DNA of 64,000 nucleotides from a virus. Each line of letters starts with the position of its first letter. Positions within the stretch are counted from its first letter, which is position 1. The notes beneath the pieces are model-generated. The model was not told where the DNA came from and searched no databases. It saw only the letters and a program-made list of their open reading frames with translations. Both the position numbers and the translations under genes were made by a program. Positions 1-9,390 of the stretch are shown here, piece by piece. The stretch lies in IMG/VR virus record IMGVR_UViG_3300023179_000001, positions 39,922 to 103,921 of that record. The stretch is one strand, 5' to 3'.

Positions 1-694
1 GTTTAAACTCTTTAAAGTATTTATCTGCACCATAGTCGATTACGAATTGGGATTCTTTGGTGCTTTGGTTGTAGTCGAATCTCTCAACCATTTCCTTTTT
101 GTCTGGGATGATTCGTATAGTCGAAGCATCGACCGCAAGGAATGAATAGGGTTTACCATCGTTTCGGGGGACGATTTCAAAGTTGACCTGATCGAAGGTG
201 AGACTGTCTCTAGTGATTTTTCTTAGGAAAGTCTCAAAATCATCACGCCTTTTCATCTCTGGAGTGTCCTCAAAGTTTTCTGGAACCCCACAGTTTTGAA
301 TGAACTGTTCTATTTCTTTGATGCGTTTTTCTTCGGCCTTGGACGGGCTTTTATCATCATCTCTAAGTTTGATTTTAAAACCCAATGCGTATTTGTCTTT
401 GGCTACTCGTTTGAATGTAGCGACCTGATTGGTTCGTGTCTGAATGATTGATGCGACAATAGGATCTGCGTATGTGATTTGTCGGCATTTGTCGTAGGAA
501 AGGATTGAATACTTTTCTTTATATCCAAACGAGGTTTGGCCGTAGGCCAGTGGATCCACTAGGGACGATTTGGAATCGTAGGCTTGCCTGTCTGGAGTGA
601 GAAGACCTGCCTTCATCAACTCATAGCGAATCGGTAGGATTTCCTCTTTTACAAACTCTACCGATTTGGTTAGTGCGTCTTTTACGATTCCCAT
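1..694 (-). CDS. Portal protein, N-terminal part (runs off window edge)
   Basis: Not in the ORF track; hand translation from ATG 694 is open to the edge: MGIVKDALTKS...IVASIIQTRTNQV...GFKIKLRD...RDDFETFLRKITRDSLTFDQVNFEIV...AVDASTIR. Closely resembles the IxxTRxNQV and RDxxxxDQVNFE motifs of SPO1/Twort-type portals; terminase is nearby. Confidence 0.85.
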   Translation of the reverse strand, partial: MGIVKDALTKSVEFVKEEILPIRYELMKAGLLTPDRQAYDSKSSLVDPLAYGQTSFGYKEKYSILSYDKCRQITYADPIVASIIQTRTNQVATFKRVAKDKYALGFKIKLRDDDKSPSKAEEKRIKEIEQFIQNCGVPENFEDTPEMKRRDDFETFLRKITRDSLTFDQVNFEIVPRNDGKPYSFLAVDASTIRIIPDKKEMVERFDYNQSTKESQFVIDYGADKYFKEFK

Positions 695-713
695 TTCAAA
701 CCCCTAGTTCAAT

Positions 714-2306
714 CTAACATTCTACAGTAACGCCTTGCGTGGCATCAATCACTACCGAGCCGTCGTTTTCTGCATCTGCTTGAGATTGCATCATCTCAAT
801 CAGGGCTGCATCTGTTTCTGAAGTAGCCTTGATAACCTCACCGTTCATTTTGAGTTGTGATTTGTTGTACTCGTTTTTAACGGCTGGCTTAGACGGATCA
901 TCATACAGTGTGCCATTCTCATAGGCTTCTTTTACTTGCTCATCGAATCCTTTTTCGAGTGTTTTCCCAGTTGTGGTCTGCATCTCAACCGTTGCCTGTC
1001 CTGTTTGAACATAGGAATCAAGAGCCTTTTGATAGGCTTGATCTTGGTTTTGAACCGTTGCTTGTTGGATGGGATCAGCGTTTTGAGTCAATAACTCAGT
1101 GGCCTTATCTGCAAAGATATTCCCTGTCTTAGTTCCAAAGTTAAATACAATTCCACCTTTACCCATTGATCGAACAAACTGATAGGGGACTTGAGGTCTT
1201 TGAACCGTATTCTCGTGAACTCTTTTCAGCTTTCTCACATCTGTTTGATCAGAAATCATTTCGATTAGTGAATCTAAAGACTTATCAACTTTCTTTTTCT
1301 CTAGTTTCTCAGCGATTTTCTTATGCTGTTTCTCGTGAGCATCTAGTTTTTTATTTCCATCAAAATCAAATTTCTCGTCTTCTGCTTTCTTGGTGCAGGA
1401 ACCTTCGCTATAAGGTTTTTTACCTGGGGTTGGTTTATAGCCTTCCCAGCAGCGACCTTCTTTCTCACCTTTATCTACTTCTTTTAATTCTTTTTTCTGC
1501 TCTTTAGCTTCTTTTTTATCGTCCTTTTTGGATGGGGATTCGAGTACACCCACTAGCTTTTTATGCTCTGCAACGAACTTCTCTTTAGGCATTTTTACTT
1601 CTGCTTTGGAGATTTCGTCTAGTGCTTTTAAAAGCAGTTCTTCTTTTGATAAAGAACGCTCGACTTCTTCGACCTGATGATCAACATCGGCTAGAGGCAT
1701 TTCTTTTCCGTGAAATTCTTCACCGTGTTGTTTATCTAGTTCTTCAATGCGTGGCTGCTTGCGTTTTTCTTGCTTGGGAGTCCGTAAAATCACCATCATC
1801 GTGGGAGTAGACAATTCAACTGAGCCTTTGTTGATTTGATCGTCTAGTCTGTCTCTGGATGATTTTTCCATGCCTTGACGTGTAGGTAGGTGATTAGAAA
1901 CTTTTTCTGTGTCGATTGTGGATTGCTCTGATTTTACGAGAGAAGGTGCGTCACCTACTGTAAATCCTAAAGATGATAGTTGATCCTTTTTCATATTAGC
2001 CTCTGACTTTTTAGCTGGTTTATTAGTAGGCCACAAATCCCTGCAAGCCCAATATCCAGGTTTTGTTTTATCTGTCTTTTCAGAACAGTTGTGTCGTGCT
2101 CTAAAATTCTTTTTAGCCCCCTCGGAGTAGTTATGCTTATAGTTCGTATCTCCGTAGTGAACTGTTTTTACATTTCCCGTCGAAGGATCTTTAACGTAGA
2201 CCTTTTTCTTTTTCCCAGGTCTATCACTCTGCATGGGTTTATTGAGAGGCTTATCAGCCTTCTCAATAATTTCTTCTAATAGTTCTTTAATCTTCATTAG
2301 TTTCAA
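714..2306 (-). CDS. Lys/Glu-rich putative head (internal) protein with a small N-terminal Cys/His/Trp domain (DUF6321-like)
   Basis: KKKVYVKDP..GNVKTVHYGD...FRARHNC...GYWAC domain and a CWEGY...GSC mini-motif, both recurrent in phage proteins; many phi-x-K-[SAG] motifs; directly upstream of the portal gene. Confidence 0.55.
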   Translation of the reverse strand: MKLMKIKELLEEIIEKADKPLNKPMQSDRPGKKKKVYVKDPSTGNVKTVHYGDTNYKHNYSEGAKKNFRARHNCSEKTDKTKPGYWACRDLWPTNKPAKKSEANMKKDQLSSLGFTVGDAPSLVKSEQSTIDTEKVSNHLPTRQGMEKSSRDRLDDQINKGSVELSTPTMMVILRTPKQEKRKQPRIEELDKQHGEEFHGKEMPLADVDHQVEEVERSLSKEELLLKALDEISKAEVKMPKEKFVAEHKKLVGVLESPSKKDDKKEAKEQKKELKEVDKGEKEGRCWEGYKPTPGKKPYSEGSCTKKAEDEKFDFDGNKKLDAHEKQHKKIAEKLEKKKVDKSLDSLIEMISDQTDVRKLKRVHENTVQRPQVPYQFVRSMGKGGIVFNFGTKTGNIFADKATELLTQNADPIQQATVQNQDQAYQKALDSYVQTGQATVEMQTTTGKTLEKGFDEQVKEAYENGTLYDDPSKPAVKNEYNKSQLKMNGEVIKATSETDAALIEMMQSQADAENDGSVVIDATQGVTVEC

Positions 2307-2796
2307 TCCTAATATGAGTTATATCGATCTGCCCATACATATCGGTCAAACCCTTTTTAATTTTATTATTTAGCTCTTTTTCTGATTGAGCCCTGATGCT
2401 CTTCATCAACACTTGTTGCTCCGTCCCATCTTGTGTTGAAAAAGTGATTGAAGCATTGAATGTTTTTGTGGGCTCTTCTTTGTGCAGAATCTTATCTAAA
2501 TTACCTTTTTGTAAATCGTTTGAAAGTTCTTTTAGACCTTTGGTGAGATGAACGTACTTGTCGTAAAAATCATCTGTGGTTCTATAACCTTCAACCGAGT
2601 GACCTCGGCTTTCCCAATAAGATGTTTCATAAGGAATGAATCCACCTTCGGGCATCCATTTATAGTGTTGAGCGAAAGGAGAATCGGGGCCGACCACCAT
2701 GGGGTCTAAAGATATGGCTTTCTTTAGATCATTTTTCAGCCCCTTCTCTATCGTATCATCCAATAAAGCTGCTATCTCGTCCAGTTCCATTTTCAC
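2287..2796 (-). CDS. Hypothetical protein, putative head-associated
   Basis: 169-aa ORF overlapping both neighbours; six phi-x-K-[SAG] motifs. Confidence 0.5.
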   Translation of the reverse strand: MKMELDEIAALLDDTIEKGLKNDLKKAISLDPMVVGPDSPFAQHYKWMPEGGFIPYETSYWESRGHSVEGYRTTDDFYDKYVHLTKGLKELSNDLQKGNLDKILHKEEPTKTFNASITFSTQDGTEQQVLMKSIRAQSEKELNNKIKKGLTDMYGQIDITHIRIETNED

Positions 2797-3445
2797 CGTC
2801 GTACTCCATTAAAGTAGGGATGCCTTCAACAAGTTCTATTTCGACATCGCATGAATCGCAATTAAAGTTTACCACGTTTTCGGATACACAGGTTTCTTCT
2901 AAACATTTTGGGCAAGCAAAAGCTACTAACTTAAATGATGCACCAAACCATTCGTGCACATCTGCTTTTATTTTTTTTAATACCTGTGATGCCCAACTCT
3001 GAGAAAACCCAAACTCTTCGGCTATCTCTTTTAGGTTATAACCTTGGAGTCGCTTTGTGAGAATGAGTTTTTCGGTCTGAGTTAGTTTTGAATTGTTGAT
3101 AAAGCTTGTCAAAGTAAGTTTTGATTCCATAGCTCTTTCGGTTGAGTATTTCTCTTCGATTTGAGAAAAATCAAAATCTATGGATTGAATAGGTCTTTTG
3201 TTTTTTAGACGCTCTGAGCCGATAAGCTTTCTAACCTCATCAAGTACGGCTCCTCGGATGCGGTAGTTTGCGTAGGTTTTAAACTTTACACCACGACTAG
3301 GATCGAATCTGGTTAAGCACTGAGCATAGCCTTCAAACCCTGCGCTCATTAGTTCGTTTAAATCTAATTTATGTAATCTTTTCTCTTTGACGGTTCTAAG
3401 AACAACTATCTTAATCCACTGGACAATCCTGTTATCCATAGACAC
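2756..3445 (-). CDS. RNA polymerase sigma factor, FliA/WhiG-like, with a C-terminal CxxC..CxxC zinc ribbon
   Basis: Region 2: ELMSAGFEG...RFDPSRGVKFKTYANYRIRGAVLDEVR (FliA-type). Region 4 HTH: LKEIAEEFGFSQSWASQ. Tail: CPKC...CDSC. Confidence 0.85.
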   Translation of the reverse strand: MSMDNRIVQWIKIVVLRTVKEKRLHKLDLNELMSAGFEGYAQCLTRFDPSRGVKFKTYANYRIRGAVLDEVRKLIGSERLKNKRPIQSIDFDFSQIEEKYSTERAMESKLTLTSFINNSKLTQTEKLILTKRLQGYNLKEIAEEFGFSQSWASQVLKKIKADVHEWFGASFKLVAFACPKCLEETCVSENVVNFNCDSCDVEIELVEGIPTLMEYDGENGTGRDSSFIG

Positions 3446-3490
3446 CTGATCAAAATTAGATACACCGCAATCTTACGGTGAATTGGGAGT

Positions 3491-3712
3491 TTATTCTTTG
3501 CTACGTTGGATTTTTGTGGCCTGTGGTTTCTGGGTGCCGCCTCTATCTGCCATTGCTGGTTCAAAAGAAACTGTCTCACCTTCATCTAAAACTCTGAATT
3601 CTCCAAGAGGAGCTTCGATCTTAGAATAGTGAGCGAAGTAGTCCTTATTGTCCTCGCCCTTGATAAAGCCAAAACCCTTTTTTACGTCGAACCAAATTAC
3701 TTTTCCCACCAT
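3491..3712 (-). CDS. Cold-shock domain protein
   Basis: GKVIWFDVKKGFGFI (RNP1), YFAHYSKI (RNP2), L.EGETVSF, PQATKI. Confidence 0.92.
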   Translation of the reverse strand: MVGKVIWFDVKKGFGFIKGEDNKDYFAHYSKIEAPLGEFRVLDEGETVSFEPAMADRGGTQKPQATKIQRSKE

Positions 3713-3755
3713 AGACTAAAATTCTAACTTAAAACTAGAAGCGCACAACTCTTAT

Positions 3756-4631
3756 TTAAGTGAAATCATCTTTTTTGAAATAGATATTCCAAATATCCAA
3801 CCAATCATCCACTTCAACAAAGCTGCATCCTAGCTTCGACACTTCGGGTCTTTCTTTATCAAATTTATTCTTTTCATCTCTTAAAATAATTTCGTCTGGA
3901 GTTAGAATTGTTCTACCCCAGTTTGCGACACTGACATTTCCTTCTGGAGCGCAGTGATGGATTTTTGAGCCTTCTTCACTGAATAGGACATCAAGAGAGT
4001 TTGCGAGGGTAAAGGCAAGCCATCGGGTAGGTGTTGGAGTAACTAGATTCTGAGGTAGAGAGATAGGTCTTTTCTTGTTAGATATAATCTTTCCAGGGAA
4101 TGTTCTCCAAGGCTTGTGGAACCCGTAAAGCGATCCCACTCGAATGATAGCTCTGTTAGGAATATTCGAGGTCAAAATTTTTATTTCCATCTCAAGCTTT
4201 TGTTTGGCGTATTCGGACTTGGGTGATGATGTATAACTTTCTGGATTTGATGGACTCTTCTCATCAGCGCAGTAATCTGTTGAAAAGAATATAATGCGTG
4301 TCGTTGCAGGTAAATCGTAGTTCAGAGTGATAGGGAGAGTTTGGTTTAGATATTTAGCAGTTTCGTGGGTGCTGGCTGTTGGTTTAGCTTCTTCTACTGA
4401 GCCGCCTCCAACTGCAATCCAGACGCAATCTGGTGCTAGGTCTCTAACCGTGTCGAAGGTGATTAGATCTTTGAAGTTTAGTCCTTCGGATCTGGATAAG
4501 AGAATTGCTCCGTTGCCGTTGGCTGATAGTTCGTGTTCTAAATCTTTCCCCAGGTTTCCTGCGCCCAAAATAACGTGCTTCATGTGTGCCCCAAGGTAAG
4601 CGTTTAGCTTTTCGATATTGATGAATCTCAT
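3756..4631 (-). CDS. rmlD: dTDP-4-dehydrorhamnose reductase-like SDR
   Basis: GAGNLG Rossmann motif, FFSTDY, YAKQK catalytic YxxxK, IIRVGSLYG, TPT; divergent. Confidence 0.7.
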   Translation of the reverse strand: MRFINIEKLNAYLGAHMKHVILGAGNLGKDLEHELSANGNGAILLSRSEGLNFKDLITFDTVRDLAPDCVWIAVGGGSVEEAKPTASTHETAKYLNQTLPITLNYDLPATTRIIFFSTDYCADEKSPSNPESYTSSPKSEYAKQKLEMEIKILTSNIPNRAIIRVGSLYGFHKPWRTFPGKIISNKKRPISLPQNLVTPTPTRWLAFTLANSLDVLFSEEGSKIHHCAPEGNVSVANWGRTILTPDEIILRDEKNKFDKERPEVSKLGCSFVEVDDWLDIWNIYFKKDDFT

Positions 4632-4826
4632 TTAGCATTTTAATAGTTCTACAATCTTATCGAAAGTCTTTCGTTTTATCTGAACCGCAGTGCTTCTTGC
4701 TTTTAGGTCTACGATGACCAAGACATCGTTGTTGTATAGCACTGCAACATTGTCGTTAATTTCTTTGAAATTGGTCAACTCCTGATCTTTCTTTGAAATT
4801 TTCTTTTTGGACTTTTTATTTCTCAT
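4632..4826 (-). CDS. Hypothetical protein
   Basis: Abuts or overlaps both neighbours in operon orientation. Confidence 0.5.
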   Translation of the reverse strand: MRNKKSKKKISKKDQELTNFKEINDNVAVLYNNDVLVIVDLKARSTAVQIKRKTFDKIVELLKC

Positions 4827-6304
4827 ACAAAATCAAAGCTGATTCCTGAGTTACGGGATGCTTCTACTGCGAGCCAAAGACTCATAACCATGTCATCGTG
4901 AGAACCAAGTCCTTGGAGTTTCCCATCGACAAAGGTGAAGCATTTAAGCTCGTTTAATAGAAGATCGGTGATTTCCCTATCTCTTTCAGTTTTCCTTGGG
5001 ATTACAAATTTCCTGTTCTCAAATAAGATTTGAAGCGATGGTACGCCATCTTCCATCGAGTGTTTTCTTCTGGCAGTGGTTGTAAAGCCTTCAATGGGTA
5101 AATCAGTTCTTCTTACCATCTCGTCTCTAAAGACCTTTTGGAATGCGTTATCTTCAACATAGATGCGTTGAGGCTTGTATAAGTGATACACGTTGTTCAC
5201 TTCTCTTAATTGATCTGTGAGGGACATCCCTTTCTTTCTTCTTATGTCTAATAGCCACTTATTTCCTGAGTTATCGACCCCTAGTGTCGTTATTACTGTG
5301 TAGTCGGCACCAACGGATGACGAGATTGCTAAATCCACTCCCGTAAAGACCTGAAGCTCTGCTCTATCTGATTTGGTGAGTTGGTTTGGCATCTCATACT
5401 CAAAATCGAAACAGGGCTGTAAAATCTTTTCAGGAAATAGGGATGAATCATCTGAGATGGGGGTGACTAGGTATTCACGTCCGAACCTAGTTGAACCCAC
5501 TTCCTGCTTTCTTTTGAGCAGGGTTTCAAGACTATAGCGAGTAGGCCAGAGTGCTTTATTATTTCGGATAGCTGGGAATTCAGCGAATTTATACGCTTGG
5601 TTGTGTCGTAGTTCTGAGTATAGGTCTTTTTGATGCAGTGGAGTGCCAACGACAACTAGCTGCCCATGAGGGATTAACATAGGCGTAATAGCTGAGAAAA
5701 AATAATCAATCTGTCTCTGTCTCGTGACCTCAGAAAACATCGTTTCATCGTTTAGAATATCATCGCATACGATAAAAGCAGGATGGGCTCCACGAGTCGA
5801 TTGCCCATAACCCCTGGCCCTGATTCTGACACCGTTTGAGCATCTAATCTCTGTTTTATTGTTCCACGATTCTTTAGCTGCTGGAATGAGCCACTGAAGC
5901 TTTTCGTTGGATTCAATCTCCATCTTAACGAATTCAAGAAGTTTAATTGCCTGTTCTGTGGTGTTTGAAAAGATGTAACCCACTGAAAACTTAGGCATTG
6001 ATCTAAAGTCCGTTCCCTGTGGCATGGGTGGAACCCAGTTGTAGTAGGCTCTCCAGATAATAAAAGCTAGGGAGAAAAAATAGGATTTCCCATGATCTCG
6101 TGAAGCTAAGATGGCGAGTTTTTTATGCTTTGCTACCAGTGCTGACCATTCTCGGTGGTGATCTGCTATCTCCGCTCCCAAGATGTCTTCAGCAAACGTC
6201 GCCAGGTCTGCTCGTCTTAGCACATCATCAGACAAGAGATTGCCAATGAGATTCATTCTCTCATCTAGTGGCAGATCAATCAGTGATTTCTGTGCAGTTA
6301 GCAT
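4823..6304 (-). CDS. terL: Terminase large subunit
   Basis: Walker A ASRDHGKS, Walker B IVCDD, coupling motif VGTP, nuclease GVDLA..ADYT, EDNAFQ, C-terminal HDDMVMS. Confidence 0.95.
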   Translation of the reverse strand: MLTAQKSLIDLPLDERMNLIGNLLSDDVLRRADLATFAEDILGAEIADHHREWSALVAKHKKLAILASRDHGKSYFFSLAFIIWRAYYNWVPPMPQGTDFRSMPKFSVGYIFSNTTEQAIKLLEFVKMEIESNEKLQWLIPAAKESWNNKTEIRCSNGVRIRARGYGQSTRGAHPAFIVCDDILNDETMFSEVTRQRQIDYFFSAITPMLIPHGQLVVVGTPLHQKDLYSELRHNQAYKFAEFPAIRNNKALWPTRYSLETLLKRKQEVGSTRFGREYLVTPISDDSSLFPEKILQPCFDFEYEMPNQLTKSDRAELQVFTGVDLAISSSVGADYTVITTLGVDNSGNKWLLDIRRKKGMSLTDQLREVNNVYHLYKPQRIYVEDNAFQKVFRDEMVRRTDLPIEGFTTTARRKHSMEDGVPSLQILFENRKFVIPRKTERDREITDLLLNELKCFTFVDGKLQGLGSHDDMVMSLWLAVEASRNSGISFDFV

Positions 6305-6774
6305 TGAGATATTGTAACTCCCTGTGGCAAATGCTTTGGATTTGGATTGATTCGATAAAAAATCAAAGCAGATCCAAAAGGCACTCCATTCCTCATCGGA
6401 TTATTCTTATCTAAATAATTAACCCGCTTGCGAATGATGTGAACTTTGGCGTGCGGGAGAATCCACTTCTGCCAGGTGTCAGTTTCCATGTTTGAGGCTT
6501 TATAAATCGCAATGATTTGGTTTTTGGATTGGGCTGCTTTTTGAAAAAACTGATTAGCTTTAGAAAAAGGGGGATTGAGCCAAGCTATTCCCTGAATTTC
6601 GTCCCAGTTCTGTTTGAGTGAATTATCAGCTTTCGTGAAACATTGCTTTGCTTTAGCGTTTTCTTTTGTGGCCGCAAGATCAAAGGAGAGGGGATAGAAG
6701 AGTTTGATTCTAGTTATCAACTCCTGTGGTGTTTCCCACTCATCGCTTTTTGAACCCTTATAGATTGAAAGCAT
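6298..6774 (-). CDS. Phage Dam-like DNA N6-adenine methyltransferase
   Basis: DEWETP, FDLAAT.ENAK, WLNPPFS; overlaps the terL start. Confidence 0.88.
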   Translation of the reverse strand: MLSIYKGSKSDEWETPQELITRIKLFYPLSFDLAATKENAKAKQCFTKADNSLKQNWDEIQGIAWLNPPFSKANQFFQKAAQSKNQIIAIYKASNMETDTWQKWILPHAKVHIIRKRVNYLDKNNPMRNGVPFGSALIFYRINPNPKHLPQGVTISQC

Positions 6775-6779
6775 TTTAA

Positions 6780-8192
6780 TTAAGCCTTATCCTGAATGGG
6801 TGTCTTGATGCTGAAAGCCTTTTTCAACTTCTCTCGCTTGGCTTCTTTCTTTTCATTGATTTGATCAAGTAGCTTTTTGGTTTGAGTGATTCTGGCTTTA
6901 CAGATTTCAAAGTATTCAGCTTCTTTTTCAATTCCAATAAATCCAAAGCCTTCTTTGAGGGATGCGACACCAGTTGTTCCTGAGCCCATGAACGGGTCTA
7001 AAACAATGCCGTTCGATGGAGTGATTAGCCGTGTCAAGTAGCGCATGAGTTTGATGGGCTTTACGGTTGGATGGTGATTGCCAGCCCTCTCTCGGCCATC
7101 ATGATCTGGAAATTTTCCTGATAAATCAGGGCTATTTGGCCTTGCATCGCTGCGTTTTTTTAGTTGAGTGAAAGTATCCAAACCAGCATTTCTTTCGCCT
7201 GATGATATTTTAGCGCAGTAAAAAAAGCGTGATGCTCCAGTTGGCAAATCGGGCTGATAATATCTAGGCTTCCCAAGAGTGCTTCCAGCTTTGCCAAACA
7301 CTTTGTTTTCTACTCGTGGCTGACCAGTTAATTCGCCAGTTTTACATGGGCCACTTTGATCATTTAATAATTTCACTGCACATTCATCGGTGCATTGATC
7401 TTCTTTACACTCTGCATCGTGCGATAAAACTAGGTTTGAGGGAAATCGGCCTTGAGTCGCCTGAATATACGGGGCTCGATTTGAAGTCTTGTAGCCAGAA
7501 GGAGAATTGTAGTCAGTTTTGTTTATTCCCCTTCCAGCTTGTAGCTTCTCTTCTGTCCCAATTCTACTCCCATCAATATTTATTCCCCCTGTCCCATGCT
7601 TCAATACATTTAATGCGACACTTTTTTCTTCAATGGGCTTTCGGATTAAAAACCAGAATTCGACTGCGGGCTTTAGTGCTGTACCCCATCCATCCCACTG
7701 CTTTGCTTCATCTGTAGCTGGAGCGGTAATGTCCATTGTTGTTTTGCCCTGAGCCCACGGCCTTTCCCATCCTTCATTGCACTTTGTTGCACTGGGTGTT
7801 TTTTTAATTGTTAAAACAATTTCTCTTTCCGATCCCTGCATTTTATCTATAGCTTTTGAAATATCTAAAGACTTCGGGAAGCCTTGCCCGAATAAATGAG
7901 AAACCACGTCCCTCACTTCAAAGCCAGAATTCTCAAGAGCCATCCCCGTCCAATGCGAAGTCCTTGGAATAGCCCACACAAGCCCATGGGCTCCTGGTTT
8001 TAAAACACGCCTACATTCTTTCATCACTTTACTTAACCATAAGATCCAAAGATCCCTGTGGCCTTTATCTTCATCCCACCCTTTACCCATAAAAGCTATT
8101 CCTGCTGGCGGATCTGACACCAGGGAATCCACTGAATTATCTGGAAGTGATTTTAGAACCTGTAGGCAATCGCCTTTAAGTAGCTTTATCAT
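6780..8192 (-). CDS. DNA amino-methyltransferase (N4/N6, beta class)
   Basis: GDCL, SDPPA (motif IV), HPTVKP, LDPFMGSGTTG (motif I), GIEKE. Confidence 0.92.
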   Translation of the reverse strand: MIKLLKGDCLQVLKSLPDNSVDSLVSDPPAGIAFMGKGWDEDKGHRDLWILWLSKVMKECRRVLKPGAHGLVWAIPRTSHWTGMALENSGFEVRDVVSHLFGQGFPKSLDISKAIDKMQGSEREIVLTIKKTPSATKCNEGWERPWAQGKTTMDITAPATDEAKQWDGWGTALKPAVEFWFLIRKPIEEKSVALNVLKHGTGGINIDGSRIGTEEKLQAGRGINKTDYNSPSGYKTSNRAPYIQATQGRFPSNLVLSHDAECKEDQCTDECAVKLLNDQSGPCKTGELTGQPRVENKVFGKAGSTLGKPRYYQPDLPTGASRFFYCAKISSGERNAGLDTFTQLKKRSDARPNSPDLSGKFPDHDGRERAGNHHPTVKPIKLMRYLTRLITPSNGIVLDPFMGSGTTGVASLKEGFGFIGIEKEAEYFEICKARITQTKKLLDQINEKKEAKREKLKKAFSIKTPIQDKA

Positions 8193-9138
8193 TACTTTCC
8201 TCTGAAGTTGTTGATTCTAAAGACTTTTTTTCTCTTCTATAGTTTATAAATTCTAAGATTTGATCGTATGATAGCTGCTGGGCAAGCTGCTCAACATGGG
8301 TGACACCTGGATTGCCTGGCTGCTGAATATTGATTTGCAGGTTGTTCTGTATAACCTGCTCGCTCTTCATCTGGTTAATCTTTTCAATCAGTTGGGCCAT
8401 CCCACTTTCATCGTTTGGAAGTCCCATCGCCCTTCTATAAATCTGTTGAGCTTTCTCAATCGCTGTTGCCAAGTTCATGATGTCAGAACTTCGTAGTGGC
8501 AATACGGTTCTCTTTACGTTGCCGTCCTTGTCTGTCTTTACTATTTCGATGCTGCCGTTTGATAGCATTTCGATTGCACGAGCTAATGCTATATTGGCTC
8601 CACTGATATGACGCTCTTGATTCTCTGCGATTAAATCGACCTGTCTCTTTACTAAATCGCTAGTAATCCCATCTAACAATTTTTCTCTTTCAGCATCCCA
8701 CTCAGGCTTAGGAGCATGAACCATGATTTGATTGTATTGCTTATGTGAAAGACCTCGAACATTGATTAGATAATCTCTGATTGATGTTGATGAATACTTC
8801 GTTGCCCATTCCACTTTCAATAAATGCGTTGCCCAGCCAGTTAAATCCTGACCACCTATTTCTAACAGCGATTCCTTCGTAACCACTTTATCTGCGGAAA
8901 TATCTAAAACAGCGTGCATTGGTTTATCTGCTTCAGTGTATTCCACTTGCACTGGCTCGCTTGTTTCAACTATCATTTCTTCAGGCACTTCATCTGCGAT
9001 ACGAAACGCATCTAAAATTCTTTTTTCTTTTTCTTCTTTGTTCTTTTTAGCGATGCCCTGTATTTTTTTCTTGTCTCTATGTGTCATAATATGATTGAGT
9101 ATGAAATGATAATACCACTGATTTTTCTGATTTTTCAC
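8176..9138 (-). CDS. Hypothetical helical protein; terminase small subunit candidate
   Basis: First gene of the block ending in terL; C-terminal NNLQINI...LSYDQILE resembles TerS tails. Positional inference. Confidence 0.4.
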   Translation of the reverse strand: MKNQKNQWYYHFILNHIMTHRDKKKIQGIAKKNKEEKEKRILDAFRIADEVPEEMIVETSEPVQVEYTEADKPMHAVLDISADKVVTKESLLEIGGQDLTGWATHLLKVEWATKYSSTSIRDYLINVRGLSHKQYNQIMVHAPKPEWDAEREKLLDGITSDLVKRQVDLIAENQERHISGANIALARAIEMLSNGSIEIVKTDKDGNVKRTVLPLRSSDIMNLATAIEKAQQIYRRAMGLPNDESGMAQLIEKINQMKSEQVIQNNLQINIQQPGNPGVTHVEQLAQQLSYDQILEFINYRREKKSLESTTSEESNDKAT

Positions 9139-9144
9139 CTAATT

Positions 9145-9171
9145 TAAGCGAGTGATTTGATTCACCGATAA
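9145..9171 (+). promoter_or_regulatory. Sigma-28 (FliA)-type promoter
   Basis: TAAG-N15-ACCGATAA versus consensus TAAA-N15-GCCGATAA, just upstream of the AGGAG RBS of ORF 9190. Confidence 0.6.
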
Positions 9172-9189
9172 AGTAGTAGGAGAACAGGC

Positions 9190-9390
9190 ATGAGAATAAA
9201 TCTAAAAAGCACCGATGAAATTGAAAGGTTTGAAACTGAAGTAAGCTTTAAGTCAGAGCAATGGGAAGATGTATGCGATAGGTTTTTAAGTTTCTTACAA
9301 GGTTGTGGCTACAATCTGAAAGGTGAAGATTTGGCTAATTACTTTAGTGAGCAGTATCTTTTTTCTCGTGGGAAGAGCTTAGAAGAGTAA
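9190..9390 (+). CDS. Small hypothetical phage protein
   Basis: Strong AGGAG RBS and own promoter; F..FLQGCGY motif; lone plus-strand gene. Confidence 0.7.
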   Translation: MRINLKSTDEIERFETEVSFKSEQWEDVCDRFLSFLQGCGYNLKGEDLANYFSEQYLFSRGKSLEE

